Assembly: GCF_014857065.1 (NCBI RefSeq)
Contig: NZ_CP046533.1
Coordinates: 420,001-452,000 of the forward strand
DNA: 32,000 nt
Direction: 5' to 3'
Source of the DNA: Candidatus Saccharimonadota bacterium
GTDB lineage: Bacteria; Pseudomonadota; Gammaproteobacteria; Enterobacterales; Enterobacteriaceae
Shown here: piece after piece, positions 1 to 10,454 of the stretch
Numbering within the stretch: the first letter of the stretch is position 1
How the letters are laid out: every line of letters starts with the position of its first letter
The notes under the pieces: model-generated
What the model was told of the DNA's origin: nothing
What the model saw: the letters and a program-made list of their open reading frames with translations, nothing else
The model's database searches: none
Made by a program: the position numbers and the translations under genes

Positions 1-972
1 TTCTAAATCGCTAAATAAGCCAATTTTAAATCGCAACAATCCAACATAAGCAATCATAGCTCCATTATCAGTACAAAACTCTGGGCGAGCACAAAATAAT
101 TGACTTCCCATTAAAAACACCATTTCTTTAAGTTGTTTACGCAAAGTTTCATTAGCGCTTACTCCGCCAGCAACTATTAAATTCTTTAACTTGGTAAATT
201 CTAAAGCACGACGACATTTAGTAACTAATATATCCACCATTGTGTCTTCAAATACACGAGCTATATTTGCATAGGTTTGTTCTTCCGCATCGCTATTTTT
301 AATTACATTAACAACAAATGTTTTTAATCCAGAAAAACTAAAATCAAAATTTGACCTATTAATTAGTGGACGTGGAAAAACATAACTATTTGATACGCCA
401 TGTTGAGCTAATTTTGATAATGCCATTCCACCAGGATAACCTAATTTCAATAATTTAGCAATTTTATCAAAGGTTTCACCAGCAGCATCATCTAAAGATT
501 CCCCTAATATCTTATAAATACCAATAGACGATGCCAAAATTAACTGAGTATGACCCCCAGAAACTAGTAATGCAACACAAGGAAAAGGAATTTCTTTATT
601 ACATTGCAACATAGGTGATAACAAATGGCCTTCCATATGATGTACTGGAATAGCCGGTATTTGTAAAGCATAAGCTAAGGATCGACCAACAGACGCGCCA
701 ACCATCAATGCAGCAATTAGGCCAGGTCCTGCAGTGTATGCAATTCCATCAATATCTGCCAATCTTAATTTTGCCTGTGACAATGATCTTTGTATCAATG
801 GAACAACCTTAGACATATGGTCACGCGCTGCAAGTTCCGGAACTACACCTCCATAATTAGCATGTAATTTTGCTTGACTATAAATCTCATTAGATAATAA
901 TCCACGATTTGCATCATAGACTGCTATGCCAGTCTCATCACATGATGTTTCAATTCCTAATATAAGACACAT
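1..972 (-). CDS. tsaD: tRNA N6-adenosine threonylcarbamoyltransferase TsaD (YgjD/Gcp); C-terminal end runs off the window
   Basis: The minus-strand frame is open from 972 down to 1, with ATG at 972-970. The N-terminus [20 protein letters not shown] and the last visible residues [14 protein letters not shown] match TsaD. It is divergent from rpsU as in E. coli. It is absent from the ORF track because no stop lies inside the window. Confidence 0.9.
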   Translation of the reverse strand, partial: MCLILGIETSCDETGIAVYDANRGLLSNEIYSQAKLHANYGGVVPELAARDHMSKVVPLIQRSLSQAKLRLADIDGIAYTAGPGLIAALMVGASVGRSLAYALQIPAIPVHHMEGHLLSPMLQCNKEIPFPCVALLVSGGHTQLILASSIGIYKILGESLDDAAGETFDKIAKLLKLGYPGGMALSKLAQHGVSNSYVFPRPLINRSNFDFSFSGLKTFVVNVIKNSDAEEQTYANIARVFEDTMVDILVTKCRRALEFTKLKNLIVAGGVSANETLRKQLKEMVFLMGSQLFCARPEFCTDNGAMIAYVGLLRFKIGLFSDLE

Positions 973-1177
973 TTCAAAAAAAATACCAACATAAAACACG
1001 TATAATATCTATAAAATCATTATAACACTAGACATTATACAAATACTGTAAATATCAAACAAAAACTTAGAAAAATAAACAAATATCTTTACAAAGATAC
1101 ATATTATTAAGTAAAATTCAGGCATCTGAATTTATAATGTTAAAACAGGACAAAATATTATAAGTAAGGTAGAAACT

Positions 1178-1393
1178 ATGCCTATTATCAAAATACGAGA
1201 AAATGAACCATTTGACGTGGCGTTGCGTCGTTTTAAGAGGTCTTGCGAAAAAGCAGGTATATTAACTGAGGTGCGTCGTCGAGAATTCTACGAAAAACCA
1301 ACAACAGAAAGAAAAAGAGCAAAAGCTTCTGCAGTTAAACGTCAAGCAAAAAGAACGGCAAGAGACAATGCGAAGCGAATTCGTCTATATTAA
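1178..1393 (+). CDS. rpsU: 30S ribosomal protein S21
   Basis: The 71-aa [32 protein letters not shown]...RIRLY is near-identical in pattern to E. coli S21. An AAGGTAG Shine-Dalgarno-like motif lies upstream, and it heads the rpsU-dnaG-rpoD order. Confidence 0.97.
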   Translation: MPIIKIRENEPFDVALRRFKRSCEKAGILTEVRRREFYEKPTTERKRAKASAVKRQAKRTARDNAKRIRLY

Positions 1394-1548
1394 CAGATAT
1401 AAAACATGTGTATATTCAAAGACAATGACTAAGATAATAATTTAACTAATTTATCTGGGTCCATATAACTAGGATATATAAGACATACGAAACAAAAAAT
1501 CGATTTGGACCGCATAAAACTTTAAAATATCTTCAGTATAAATGGATT

Positions 1549-3321
1549 ATGACTATTAGTAATAAGATTCCTCAAACAATAATTAATGAATTAATAGCGA
1601 AAACAAACATAATAAATATCATAAACCAAAGAATAAAACTTAAGAAACATGGTAAAAATTTTTATGCCTGTTGCCCGTTCCATTATGAAAAACGTCCATC
1701 TTTTACAGCTAACGAAGAAAAACAATTTTTTTACTGTTTTAGCTGTGGCATACATGGAAATGCTATAGATTTTATAATGTACTACAATAAACTTAATTTC
1801 ATAGAATCAATAAAAGAATTAGCTCACATTCACAATGTTAACATAAACCACAAAAAAAATAATTATATTCGTGATGTAAAAAAGCACAAACAACATGAAC
1901 AATTATATCTATTAATGAATCGCCTATCTAATTTTTACCAAAATATTTTAACGAAAACAACATCTAGATCAGCTAGAGAATATCTACAAAATCGCGGCAT
2001 AGATCAAAAAACCATCCAGCAATTTGATATAGGCTTTGCTCCAGAAAACTATGATAATATAATAACAAATTTTGATCCATCAGAAGAAACACGATCCTTA
2101 TTAGTTAAAACAGGTGTACTAATTTTAAACAAACAAGGACAAACATTTGATCGTTTTCGTAAGAGAATTATGTTTCCTATAAAAAATCACAGAGGACAAG
2201 TTATTGCATTCGGAGGACGCATAATAAACAACAAAGAAATACCTAAATACCTAAATTCTCCAGAAAGCGATATTTTTTACAAAAAAAATCAACTATATGG
2301 TCTATACGAAATAAAAAAAACAAATCAAAAATTAACCAAAATACTTATAGTAGAGGGATACCTTGACGTAATAACTTTAGTTCAGTTCGGGATAAATTAC
2401 GTGGTAGCTTCTTTAGGAACATCAACAACGAGTGAGCAGATTCAACAATTGTTCTGTATAACCAATAAGATAATTTGTTGTTATGATGGAGATAAAGCAG
2501 GACAAAAAGCTGCTTGGCGTATGTTGAAAATGATACTCCCCTATCTCAATGATAATCGTCAAGTATATTTTATGTTTTTACCTGCAGGAGAAGACCCTGA
2601 CACAATGATACGTAAAATAGGAAAAAAATCATTCACAATGCTTATTGAACAAGCACAACCTTTATCGGTTTTCTTATTCAATAAATTACTTACCCAAACA
2701 GATTTAAGTACTCCAGAAGGACGTGCACATTTAAGTGTTTTAGCCATACCTATAATTAATAAGATTCCAGGAGAAATATTACGTATTTGCTTACGACAAA
2801 AATTAGGAGAAAAAATTGGCATACTTGACGAAATACATCTTGAAAAATTTATAAAAAAGAAATCCATAAAGGAAACAAATTTAACAATAACAAAGCAGAC
2901 AAAAAATAAAATATTACACACTTTAATAAGGTTACTAATACAAAGACCACAACTAGCAACTTATATTCATGCAATCAAAACGTTAGAAAAAATTAATTTA
3001 CCAGAAATGATAACATTTGTGAAATTAGTTAAATTATGCAAAACTCAATCGCAATCAACATCTGTCAAACTGTTAGAATATTGTAAAGAAAATCAATCAC
3101 ACTTAAAACTTGAAACATTCACCCTCTGGAAGCCACCAATTATAGATAAAAACATCACACATATTTTTATTGATACATTAATAAAATTATATGACAATAT
3201 ACTACAAAAAAGACAAGAAAAATTGATTGCACAAGACAGAATAGAAAAACTCACAATAGAAGAACGTAAAGAATTATGGCTGATAAATAAAACACTTACA
3301 AACAACATAAATTTACAATAG
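1549..3321 (+). CDS. dnaG: DNA primase DnaG
   Basis: The 590-aa ORF has the N-terminal CHC2 zinc finger (CPFHYEKRPSFTANEEKQFFYCFSCGIHGN) and a TOPRIM region (LIVEGYLDVITL, CYDGDKAG). It lies between rpsU and rpoD. Confidence 0.95.
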   Translation: MTISNKIPQTIINELIAKTNIINIINQRIKLKKHGKNFYACCPFHYEKRPSFTANEEKQFFYCFSCGIHGNAIDFIMYYNKLNFIESIKELAHIHNVNINHKKNNYIRDVKKHKQHEQLYLLMNRLSNFYQNILTKTTSRSAREYLQNRGIDQKTIQQFDIGFAPENYDNIITNFDPSEETRSLLVKTGVLILNKQGQTFDRFRKRIMFPIKNHRGQVIAFGGRIINNKEIPKYLNSPESDIFYKKNQLYGLYEIKKTNQKLTKILIVEGYLDVITLVQFGINYVVASLGTSTTSEQIQQLFCITNKIICCYDGDKAGQKAAWRMLKMILPYLNDNRQVYFMFLPAGEDPDTMIRKIGKKSFTMLIEQAQPLSVFLFNKLLTQTDLSTPEGRAHLSVLAIPIINKIPGEILRICLRQKLGEKIGILDEIHLEKFIKKKSIKETNLTITKQTKNKILHTLIRLLIQRPQLATYIHAIKTLEKINLPEMITFVKLVKLCKTQSQSTSVKLLEYCKENQSHLKLETFTLWKPPIIDKNITHIFIDTLIKLYDNILQKRQEKLIAQDRIEKLTIEERKELWLINKTLTNNINLQ

Positions 3322-3447
3322 CTGATACAAAACAATTAATATATTGTATTGCACAATATTGAGGTTAAATACGTAGTTTCTTATATAACACTGGAAAGCT
3401 ATTATAAGCACACTTAAATTTCAACATGTAAATACGAACATTACTCT

Positions 3448-5280
3448 ATGGAACAAAATTCACAAACACAATTAGAAATTCTTGTTTTTCGAGGAAAAGA
3501 ACAGGGATATTTGACTTTCTCCGAAATTAATGATCATCTTCCGGATGATGTTATAAATTCAGAACAAATTGAAGATATTATTAAAATGATTAATGACATG
3601 GGCATCAAAGTAGTAGAAGAAGCGCCAGATACAGATGACTTTTTATTAATTGAACACACTCAAGATACAGACGAGGATGCAACAGAAGCAGCTGTACAGG
3701 CGTTATCTCACGTTGATTCTGAAATAGGACAAACCACAGATCCAGTACGAATGTACATGCGTGAAATGGGTACTGTAGATCTACTAACTAGGGAAGGAGA
3801 AATAGATATTGCCAAACGTATTGAAGATGGCATTAATCAAGTACAATGTTCAGTTGCTGAATATCCAGAAGCAATAAACTATTTATTAGAACAATATCAA
3901 CGCGTGGATATTGGAGAAGCTCGTCTTTCAGATCTAATTACAGGATTTGTGGATCCTAATGCAAAAGAAGAAATACCTATTAGCACAATATCTATGCATT
4001 CTGAATTAAATAACGCAGAAATACTGGGTCAAGAAGAAGATAACGAAGAAAATAATGGTGATTATAATAATATTGATCCAGAATTAGCGCGACAAAAATT
4101 TATAGCATTAAAAAAACAACATGAAAAAACAAAAACAATAATTAAATTTAATGGACGAAATCATATAAAAGCAACAGAAGAAATAATTAAATTATCAGAT
4201 GTATTTAAGCAATTTCGCTTAGTTCCTAAACAGTTTGACTATCTAGTAAATAATATGCGCATCATGATGGAAAAAGTTAGAATTCAAGAACGTTTTATCA
4301 TGAAATTATGCGTAGAAATAAGTAAAATGCCAAAAAAAATATTCATCACTTTATTTGTTGGAAATGAAACCAATGAACACTGGTTTGAAAACGCATTAAA
4401 AATGAATCAACCTTGGTCTGAAAAACTACATAAAGTTTATAGAGAAATACATTTTAGCTTAAAAAAATTATACGAAATAGAAAAAGAAACTGGATTAACA
4501 ATAGAACAAATAAAAGATATTAATAAACGAATGTCAATTGGTGAAGCAAAAGCTAAAAGAGCTAAAAAAGAGATGGTTGAAGCCAATTTACGTTTAGTAA
4601 TTTCTATTGCTAAAAAATATACTAACAGAGGATTACAATTTTTAGATTTAATACAAGAAGGTAATATTGGTTTAATGAAAGCGGTAGATAAATTCGAATA
4701 TCGCCGCGGTTATAAATTTTCAACTTACGCCACTTGGTGGATTAGACAAGCAATTACACGTTCTATAGCAGATCAAGCACGTACTATACGCATACCAGTA
4801 CATATGATAGAAACAATTAACAAACTAAACCGTATTTCCAGACAAATGTTACAAGAAAAAGGACATGAACCAAGCCCTGAAGAACTAGCTGAACGAATGT
4901 TAATACCAGAAGATAAAATACGCAAAGTATTAAAAATCGCGAAAGAACCAGTTTCAATGGAAACTCCCATAGGAGACGATGATGATTCTCATTTAGGTGA
5001 TTTTATTGAAGATTCTACGTTAGAATTACCTCATGATCTGGCGACATCAGAAAATTTACGTTCCGCAACACATAATGTTTTAGCTGGACTAACTCCAAGA
5101 GAAGCAAAAGTATTACGAATGCGTTTTGGAATTGATATGAATTCTGACCATACTTTAGAAGAAGTAGGTAAACAATTTGATGTTACTAGAGAACGAATCC
5201 GCCAAATAGAAGCTAAAGCACTCAGAAAACTACGTCATCCAAGTAGATCTGAAATATTACGTAGTTTTTTAGATGATTAA
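3448..5280 (+). CDS. rpoD: RNA polymerase sigma-70 factor RpoD
   Basis: The 610-aa ORF has conserved regions 2-4 ([73 protein letters not shown]; [33 protein letters not shown]). Confidence 0.97.
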   Translation: MEQNSQTQLEILVFRGKEQGYLTFSEINDHLPDDVINSEQIEDIIKMINDMGIKVVEEAPDTDDFLLIEHTQDTDEDATEAAVQALSHVDSEIGQTTDPVRMYMREMGTVDLLTREGEIDIAKRIEDGINQVQCSVAEYPEAINYLLEQYQRVDIGEARLSDLITGFVDPNAKEEIPISTISMHSELNNAEILGQEEDNEENNGDYNNIDPELARQKFIALKKQHEKTKTIIKFNGRNHIKATEEIIKLSDVFKQFRLVPKQFDYLVNNMRIMMEKVRIQERFIMKLCVEISKMPKKIFITLFVGNETNEHWFENALKMNQPWSEKLHKVYREIHFSLKKLYEIEKETGLTIEQIKDINKRMSIGEAKAKRAKKEMVEANLRLVISIAKKYTNRGLQFLDLIQEGNIGLMKAVDKFEYRRGYKFSTYATWWIRQAITRSIADQARTIRIPVHMIETINKLNRISRQMLQEKGHEPSPEELAERMLIPEDKIRKVLKIAKEPVSMETPIGDDDDSHLGDFIEDSTLELPHDLATSENLRSATHNVLAGLTPREAKVLRMRFGIDMNSDHTLEEVGKQFDVTRERIRQIEAKALRKLRHPSRSEILRSFLDD

Positions 5281-5517
5281 ATTTAAAACAGACAAAAAAT
5301 AAAATCATGTTCATATACATAATCTAAAATGAAATAGATTAAAATAAATGAAATATAAAAATTAGAATAGCATTTTATATTGTTATTATAAAATATCGAA
5401 TTAACACTTAACTAAAATTATCTTGTTCTTATATACAAGAATAAATCATGGCGTAAGAAAACTAACAGTGCTATTATAGTTTTAAATTTTGTTTTATCAC
5501 AATGAAGCTCTCTTTTC

Positions 5518-5591
5518 GGCCCTTTAGCTCAGATGGTTAGAGCAGGCGACTCATAATCGCTTGGTCGCTGGTTCAAATCCAGCAAGGGCCA
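5518..5591 (+). tRNA. ileX: tRNA-Ile2 (anticodon CAU, lysidine-dependent, ileX type); no encoded 3' CCA
   Basis: A 74-nt cloverleaf can be drawn by hand, with acceptor GGCCCTT/AAGGGCC and anticodon CAT at 5552-5554. The sequence is almost identical to remembered E. coli ileX, not to elongator or initiator tRNA-Met. It lies downstream of rpoD as in E. coli. Confidence 0.88.
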
Positions 5592-5688
5592 GATACACTT
5601 TTAAATTCATGTAAATTTTAAATAAAATTAAATAACAACTTAATTTAAACATAACTACTCATCTAAAATAATCCATCAAATACAATAA

Positions 5689-6339
5689 CTATTTTTTAAA
5701 TAAAAATGCTGATATATAAAAAACTAAACCAACAGTAAGTAACATTATCGGCAATAACATCAAACAACACATTAATTTTTGTTCATGAAATTGGAAAAAA
5801 GCAGTATTACCTAAAATAAAACCCAATAAAACAATAATAAATACCCATAAAAAGGCACTAATACAGCTAAAAAAATGAAAACGTACACTATCTAAACCCG
5901 AAAAAGCAATAACTATTGGTAACAAAGTACGAATAAATGCAACAAAACGACCAATAATTAATGCAGACAAACCATGACGACGAAACATTAAACAAGCACG
6001 ATGATGATAATATTTAGAAAATTTAGCAAACCAACAATTATTCCCTAATCTAGTATTCCCTAATAACCTTCCTTGTAAATAACTAATCCAACTACCCAAA
6101 CTAACAGCAACAGTTAACACGCCTAAAGTAATAGGAAAACTCAAAACTCCTTTTGCAATAAGCACTCCAATAAAAAACAATAAACTATCACCTGGCAAGA
6201 AAGCAGCAAACAAAAGACCATTTTCTAAAAATAAAATAACAAAAACAAATAAATAAACACAAAAAGATAAATTAAAATCAGAAAAAATCTCGAAATTCTG
6301 CTGCCAAAACGCATATAGTAAGTCTTTCAATACACTCAT
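5689..6339 (-). CDS. yqjA: DedA-family inner membrane protein YqjA
   Basis: The 216-aa multi-TM ORF aligns along its full length with E. coli YqjA (FVILFLENGLL.AAFLPGDSLL, HGLSALIIGRFVAFIRTLLP, LMCCLMLLP). Confidence 0.85.
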   Translation of the reverse strand: MSVLKDLLYAFWQQNFEIFSDFNLSFCVYLFVFVILFLENGLLFAAFLPGDSLLFFIGVLIAKGVLSFPITLGVLTVAVSLGSWISYLQGRLLGNTRLGNNCWFAKFSKYYHHRACLMFRRHGLSALIIGRFVAFIRTLLPIVIAFSGLDSVRFHFFSCISAFLWVFIIVLLGFILGNTAFFQFHEQKLMCCLMLLPIMLLTVGLVFYISAFLFKK

Positions 6340-6963
6340 TATTTAAACTTCTCATAATTACAAAACAAAGTAAAACAAATATATTGTAAATATTTAACAA
6401 ATAACCTTAAATTAAACAATTGATATATCTCTATAACAAATAAAAACAATCTATAAATAAGGTACTTTTGCCATTCAATAATAAAGTACCTTATTCGATA
6501 AATAACCATGCATGTTAATAAGGCATCACATTCACAAATTTGCAAAACAAAAAATAAATCCTCAAAACCACTAATTTCAATATACCATAAACACTAACTT
6601 GTAAAATATGATAATACTAAATACTGTTAACGTAAAAACACACTATATAAGTAAACATATAAAACAAAATAACATTCTTAATTATCTTTAAACAACAAAA
6701 TATACAAAAACATTTTGAAATACAACTAATTAATTTCTTATATAAATAATTTAAATATTATTAATTATCAAACTAAACATATACCATGTATTACCAAATG
6801 GAACTATAAAAATACTAAATAAAATTATATACATTTAATATAATGTTAAAATTAAACTATTTAAAGTATAAACATCAATTATGAAGTAACAACAATAAAA
6901 ATAAAACACATCAATTACTAAAAATAAATAAGCAACTGATTTATACTATATTATACACATAAA

Positions 6964-7341
6964 TCTTGGAGTTGATTTTTAAGCCGGGTTCTGTCGAAGA
7001 TAACCATTCATCTAGATCAACATTCACATGCTGACTCAAGCGGCCTACCCAAAGTTTTCAGTACGAGCCATACTTTATGAACTACTATTTGGCCTTGCTC
7101 CAAGTGGATGTTTACAATACCATAAACTGTTACCAGTCATGTGGTGTGCTCTTACCACACCATTTCACCCTTACCTATCATGATACACACATTAGGCGGT
7201 TTATTTTCTGTTGCACTAGTCGTAGACTCACGTCTCCCAGGAATTACCTGGCACCTTGCTCTGTGGAGCCCGGACTTTCCTCTCTTCCATCGTATAATGT
7301 ATTCAAATACATCAAGAAACAGCGGTTATCTAATCAACTCC
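6964..7341 (-). ncRNA. rnpB: RNase P RNA (M1 RNA, bacterial type A); ends approximate (+/- 5 nt)
   Basis: The minus strand reads GGAGTTGATTAGATAACCGCTG...GAGGAAAGTCCGGGCTCCACAGAGCAAGGTGCCAGGTAA...ACAGAACCCGGCTTAAAAATCAACTCC. The conserved CR-I and CR-V motifs and the P1 pairing (GGAGTTGATT/AATCAACTCC) are present. It is collinear with remembered E. coli rnpB and is a local GC-rich island. Confidence 0.93.
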
Positions 7342-7393
7342 ATCAAATACATTATTAAACTAAAACAAAAATAACTCAACTAAAATAAAATCA

Positions 7394-8284
7394 TTATAAT
7401 CTATTTGTTTTTGAAACTACATAATCATAAAGATCATTTCTTCTAACATTATAAATTTTAGTCATCAAAGAAATAGCTATCTTTACAGGTAATTTAGAAA
7501 TTAATAATTCCAAAGTGTATAATATATTAGGAGTTAACTTCTTATACTTATTACATTTATACCCTTCAACAACCAAAACTATTTCACCACGACAACGAAT
7601 GATATCTCTTTGTAACCAATTGAGCAATTTTTTTACTGGAGCACCATAAATAGATTCCCAGAATTTAGTTAATTCCCTAGCTAACACAACGTGACGATCA
7701 GAACCAAAAATATTTAGAATATCTTCTAAACTATCTATCAAACGATGTGTAGACTCATAAAATATCAAAGTTCTCGACTCTTCTGACAAAAATCGTAAAC
7801 GTTCCAATCGTAAAATACGTTTAGAAGGTAAAAATCCATCATAACAAAAACGATCAGATAATAATCCAGATGCAGACAAAGCAGTAACTGCTGCACATGC
7901 TCCTGGTAAAGGTATTACTCGAATTTTTTTCTGCACACAACAATAAACCAAACGATATCCAGGATCGCTAATAACCGGAGTACCAGCTCTAGAAACTAAC
8001 GCAATACTGTAACCTAATTGTAATTTGGACAATAATACTAATGAGCCACTAACCTCATTATGAATATTTAACGTAAATAACGAGGCCTTTATACAAAAAT
8101 GCTGCAATAACAAACCAGTATGCTTAACGCTTTCTGCAGCTATAAGATCAACACTTTGTAACACAGACAAAGCCCTATAGGTTATATCCTCTAAATTTCC
8201 AATAGGTGTAGGTACTATATAAAGAGTTGATGGAGAAACATTCCTAGCTACACTAAATTTCATTACAAATAATTTATTTTTCAA
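7394..8284 (-). CDS. rsmI: 16S rRNA (cytidine1402-2'-O)-methyltransferase RsmI (YraL)
   Basis: The 296-aa ORF contains LYIVPTPIGNLEDITYRALSVLQSVDLIAAE...HTGLLLQHF, matching the E. coli RsmI N-terminus. The start could instead be the internal Met 7 codons downstream. Confidence 0.9.
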   Translation of the reverse strand: MKNKLFVMKFSVARNVSPSTLYIVPTPIGNLEDITYRALSVLQSVDLIAAESVKHTGLLLQHFCIKASLFTLNIHNEVSGSLVLLSKLQLGYSIALVSRAGTPVISDPGYRLVYCCVQKKIRVIPLPGACAAVTALSASGLLSDRFCYDGFLPSKRILRLERLRFLSEESRTLIFYESTHRLIDSLEDILNIFGSDRHVVLARELTKFWESIYGAPVKKLLNWLQRDIIRCRGEIVLVVEGYKCNKYKKLTPNILYTLELLISKLPVKIAISLMTKIYNVRRNDLYDYVVSKTNRL

Positions 8285-8759
8285 ATATAAATGTTCTAAA
8301 ATAAAATAAAAGACTTATACAAATTTTATTTTAAGATAAAAAGATAATATATTCAATCAACCGTCAGATACAATCCAAATATATTATTACATAAAATTTA
8401 TACATCTCATACACATCATTCAAATTTACATACTTCTTATGCTATTCTCTATCCTCTAAAAGATATACTAAACAGAGTCATGCATTCAAATTGAATACAG
8501 ACAGCCATAATTTTAAATTATATATCACAATAAATATAAATTAAGAAGAAACAACAACTTATTTAATACAATTAAAATCAGAAATCCCTCGCAATAACAA
8601 ATCCTAATACATAAATATTGACAAATAAATTGCTAAATGATACCCTGCTCATGTTTTAACATCCTAAATAGTACATTGATAATACAAACTTAGTCCTTAT
8701 TTGATGTAACGTAGTTTGTTGTCTCGAGGTGCTGTTATACAGTTCTTGAATTAAGATAA

Positions 8760-9344
8760 ATGTACAAACTAAATAATATGTTTATGATACTGCCCCTGAT
8801 ATGCATGGTAGTTCTGCCAGGTTGTACTAGCGGGTTAGTAATTGGTGGCGCTGTAATTGCTGCTAACAGCATAAAAGACCCGCGAAGTATTGGAACTCAA
8901 ATAGATGACAAAATATTAGAAACCTATATTTCAAATGCCCTATCAAAAAATAAAGATATTAAAGAAACAACAAGAATCACAAATACTGTGTATCAAGGTA
9001 AAGTATTGTTAACAGGTCAAGCACCCAATAAAAAACTCGCCGAACAAGCTACACAAATATCAAGCAAAATAAAAGGTTCTAAAAAAATATATAACGAAAT
9101 ACGTCAAGCTTATCCAATACCTCTAGAAAAGATAATCATTGATCTATGGATAACTACAAAAATTAAAATACAAATTTTTATCAAAAATAAGACAATATTA
9201 TCAAGCATAAAAATTGTTACTGAAAATAAAGAAGTATTCTTACTAGGAGAAATTACACATCAAGAAGAAAAAACATTAATAAACACAATAGATAACATAC
9301 ATGGAATAAGAAACATAATCACAGCTTTTAACTATGTCTCATAA
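8760..9344 (+). CDS. dolP: Outer-membrane lipoprotein DolP (YraP), dual BON domain
   Basis: The 194-aa ORF has a signal peptide with lipobox LPGC. KDPRSIGTQIDDKILE...YQGKVLLTGQAP...IYNEIRQ...DLWITTKIK...VTENKEVFLLG...ITAFNYV aligns with E. coli YraP. The start could be any of three nearby Met codons. Confidence 0.88.
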   Translation: MYKLNNMFMILPLICMVVLPGCTSGLVIGGAVIAANSIKDPRSIGTQIDDKILETYISNALSKNKDIKETTRITNTVYQGKVLLTGQAPNKKLAEQATQISSKIKGSKKIYNEIRQAYPIPLEKIIIDLWITTKIKIQIFIKNKTILSSIKIVTENKEVFLLGEITHQEEKTLINTIDNIHGIRNIITAFNYVS

Positions 9345-9426
9345 AATTAAATCAGAAAAACGCACTAAATAAAACACTATCATATTTTCTAAAACCAGTA
9401 TATTTAAAACTTCCATATTTAATTTT

Positions 9427-9819
9427 CTAACGCTTAGAAAATTGCGGACTACGACGAGCTTTGCGTAAACCAAATTTTTTTCGCTCTACTTGACGAGAAT
9501 CACGTGTCATAAAACCAGCATTTCGCAACGAAACACGAAATTTTTCATCATATCGTACCAACGCACGGGTAATACCATGACGAATAGCACCAGCTTGTCC
9601 CGAAATTCCTCCGCCTTTAACAGTGATATATAAATCAAATTCACCAGAAATATTTAATAATTCTAATGGTTGAAGCATAGCATAACGCATACTTTGCTGA
9701 AGAAAATATTGATTATACAATCGCCTATTAATTATTATATTACCCTGACCTTTCCTTATAAAAACGCGTGCTGATGCACTTTTGCGACGACCAGTACCAT
9801 AAAATTTATCTTTAATCAT
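9427..9819 (-). CDS. rpsI: 30S ribosomal protein S9
   Basis: The 130-aa ORF contains [15 protein letters not shown]...[25 protein letters not shown]...[12 protein letters not shown]. Confidence 0.97.
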   Translation of the reverse strand: MIKDKFYGTGRRKSASARVFIRKGQGNIIINRRLYNQYFLQQSMRYAMLQPLELLNISGEFDLYITVKGGGISGQAGAIRHGITRALVRYDEKFRVSLRNAGFMTRDSRQVERKKFGLRKARRSPQFSKR

Positions 9820-9838
9820 AATTCTTCTTTACTTTAAA

Positions 9839-10267
9839 CTAAAATCTTAAAACCTGAGGGCATTGTGATTGATGTAAATGTCTATCATTCGCATATACCT
9901 TCAGTTTACGAAATATCATACGACCTAATCGCCCTCTAGGCAACATACCTCTCACTGCCAACTCTATAACTTTTTCTGGACGATTAAAGATCATTTTTTC
10001 AAAAGTAACTTCCTTAATTCCACCAACAAAACCAGTATAACGATAATATGATTTATCCTTATACTTATTCCCAGTAACAAGTATATTTCTTGCATTTAAA
10101 ACTATAACATAGTCACCAGTATCAATATGAGGAGTATATTCGGGTTTATGCTTTCCACGTAAAATACAAGCTACATAAGTTGCAAAACGTCCCAAAACAT
10201 GATTTTTAGCATCAATAAGATACCATGTACGCTGAATCATTTGTGAATTAGAGAATATGGTTTTCAC
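9839..10267 (-). CDS. rplM: 50S ribosomal protein L13
   Basis: The ORF-track frame is 9839..10279 with a TTG start. By homology to E. coli L13 ([20 protein letters not shown]) the likely start is the GTG at 10267, giving (M)[19 protein letters not shown] and 142 aa. It is followed by rpsI as in the rplM-rpsI operon. Confidence 0.93.
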   Translation of the reverse strand: MKTIFSNSQMIQRTWYLIDAKNHVLGRFATYVACILRGKHKPEYTPHIDTGDYVIVLNARNILVTGNKYKDKSYYRYTGFVGGIKEVTFEKMIFNRPEKVIELAVRGMLPRGRLGRMIFRKLKVYANDRHLHQSQCPQVLRF

Positions 10268-10454
10268 TAAAATATCCAAATTTCATAGTTATAATCATTC
10301 TTACATAAAAACCAAAATTATATAAACATCAAAATCTCATACTAGCATTAAATCACTCAAGTTCATAATAATAATTATGAAAGTAAAAGAATACACTATA
10401 TTTCATAGTAAATAATGAAATGCACATTTAAAATTACGTGGTAAATTAAAGATA

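Noticed and set aside
1088-1117. A sigma70-like promoter TTTACA-18 nt-TAAAAT upstream of rpsU.
   Set aside because: It is plausible, but hexamers of this quality occur by chance every few hundred bases at this AT content and the spacing is suboptimal. It cannot be distinguished from background without TSS data.
1458-1511. GGTCCA...TGGACC complementary pair in the rpsU-dnaG spacer, as a candidate equivalent of the E. coli rpsU-dnaG attenuating terminator.
   Set aside because: It is only 6 bp with a loop of about 42 nt and no U-tract, which is too weak to call.
3335-3360. ATATTGT-attgc-ACAATAT 7-bp hairpin just after the dnaG stop.
   Set aside because: The stem is all A/T apart from one G:C pair and has low predicted stability. 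Many equivalent palindromes exist in the spacers.
6339-6545. A 68-aa minus-strand ORF whose stop overlaps the yqjA ATG (TAATG), which looks like translational coupling.
   Set aside because: The peptide is low-complexity (I/F/L/Y/C-rich), typical of translated AT-rich spacer. I recognise no homologue, it contains the 11-bp inverted repeat, and there is no Shine-Dalgarno motif. TAATG junctions arise easily by chance at this base composition. A blastp/tblastn check is the most it warrants.
7077-7374. Two overlapping plus-strand ORFs (93 aa at 7077..7358 and 77 aa at 7141..7374).
   Set aside because: They lie entirely antisense within the rnpB RNA gene. The locally GC-richer structured RNA is poor in stop codons, and the peptides have no recognisable family features.
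8581-8700. Possible diaA C-terminal relic upstream of dolP (AHVLT versus MHMLT in one frame, CSCFNILNSTLI versus CLCDLIDNTLF in another).
   Set aside because: The two matches lie in different, overlapping frames and are mutually incompatible. Each is short and compositionally trivial. It is mentioned only as something a tblastn run could settle.
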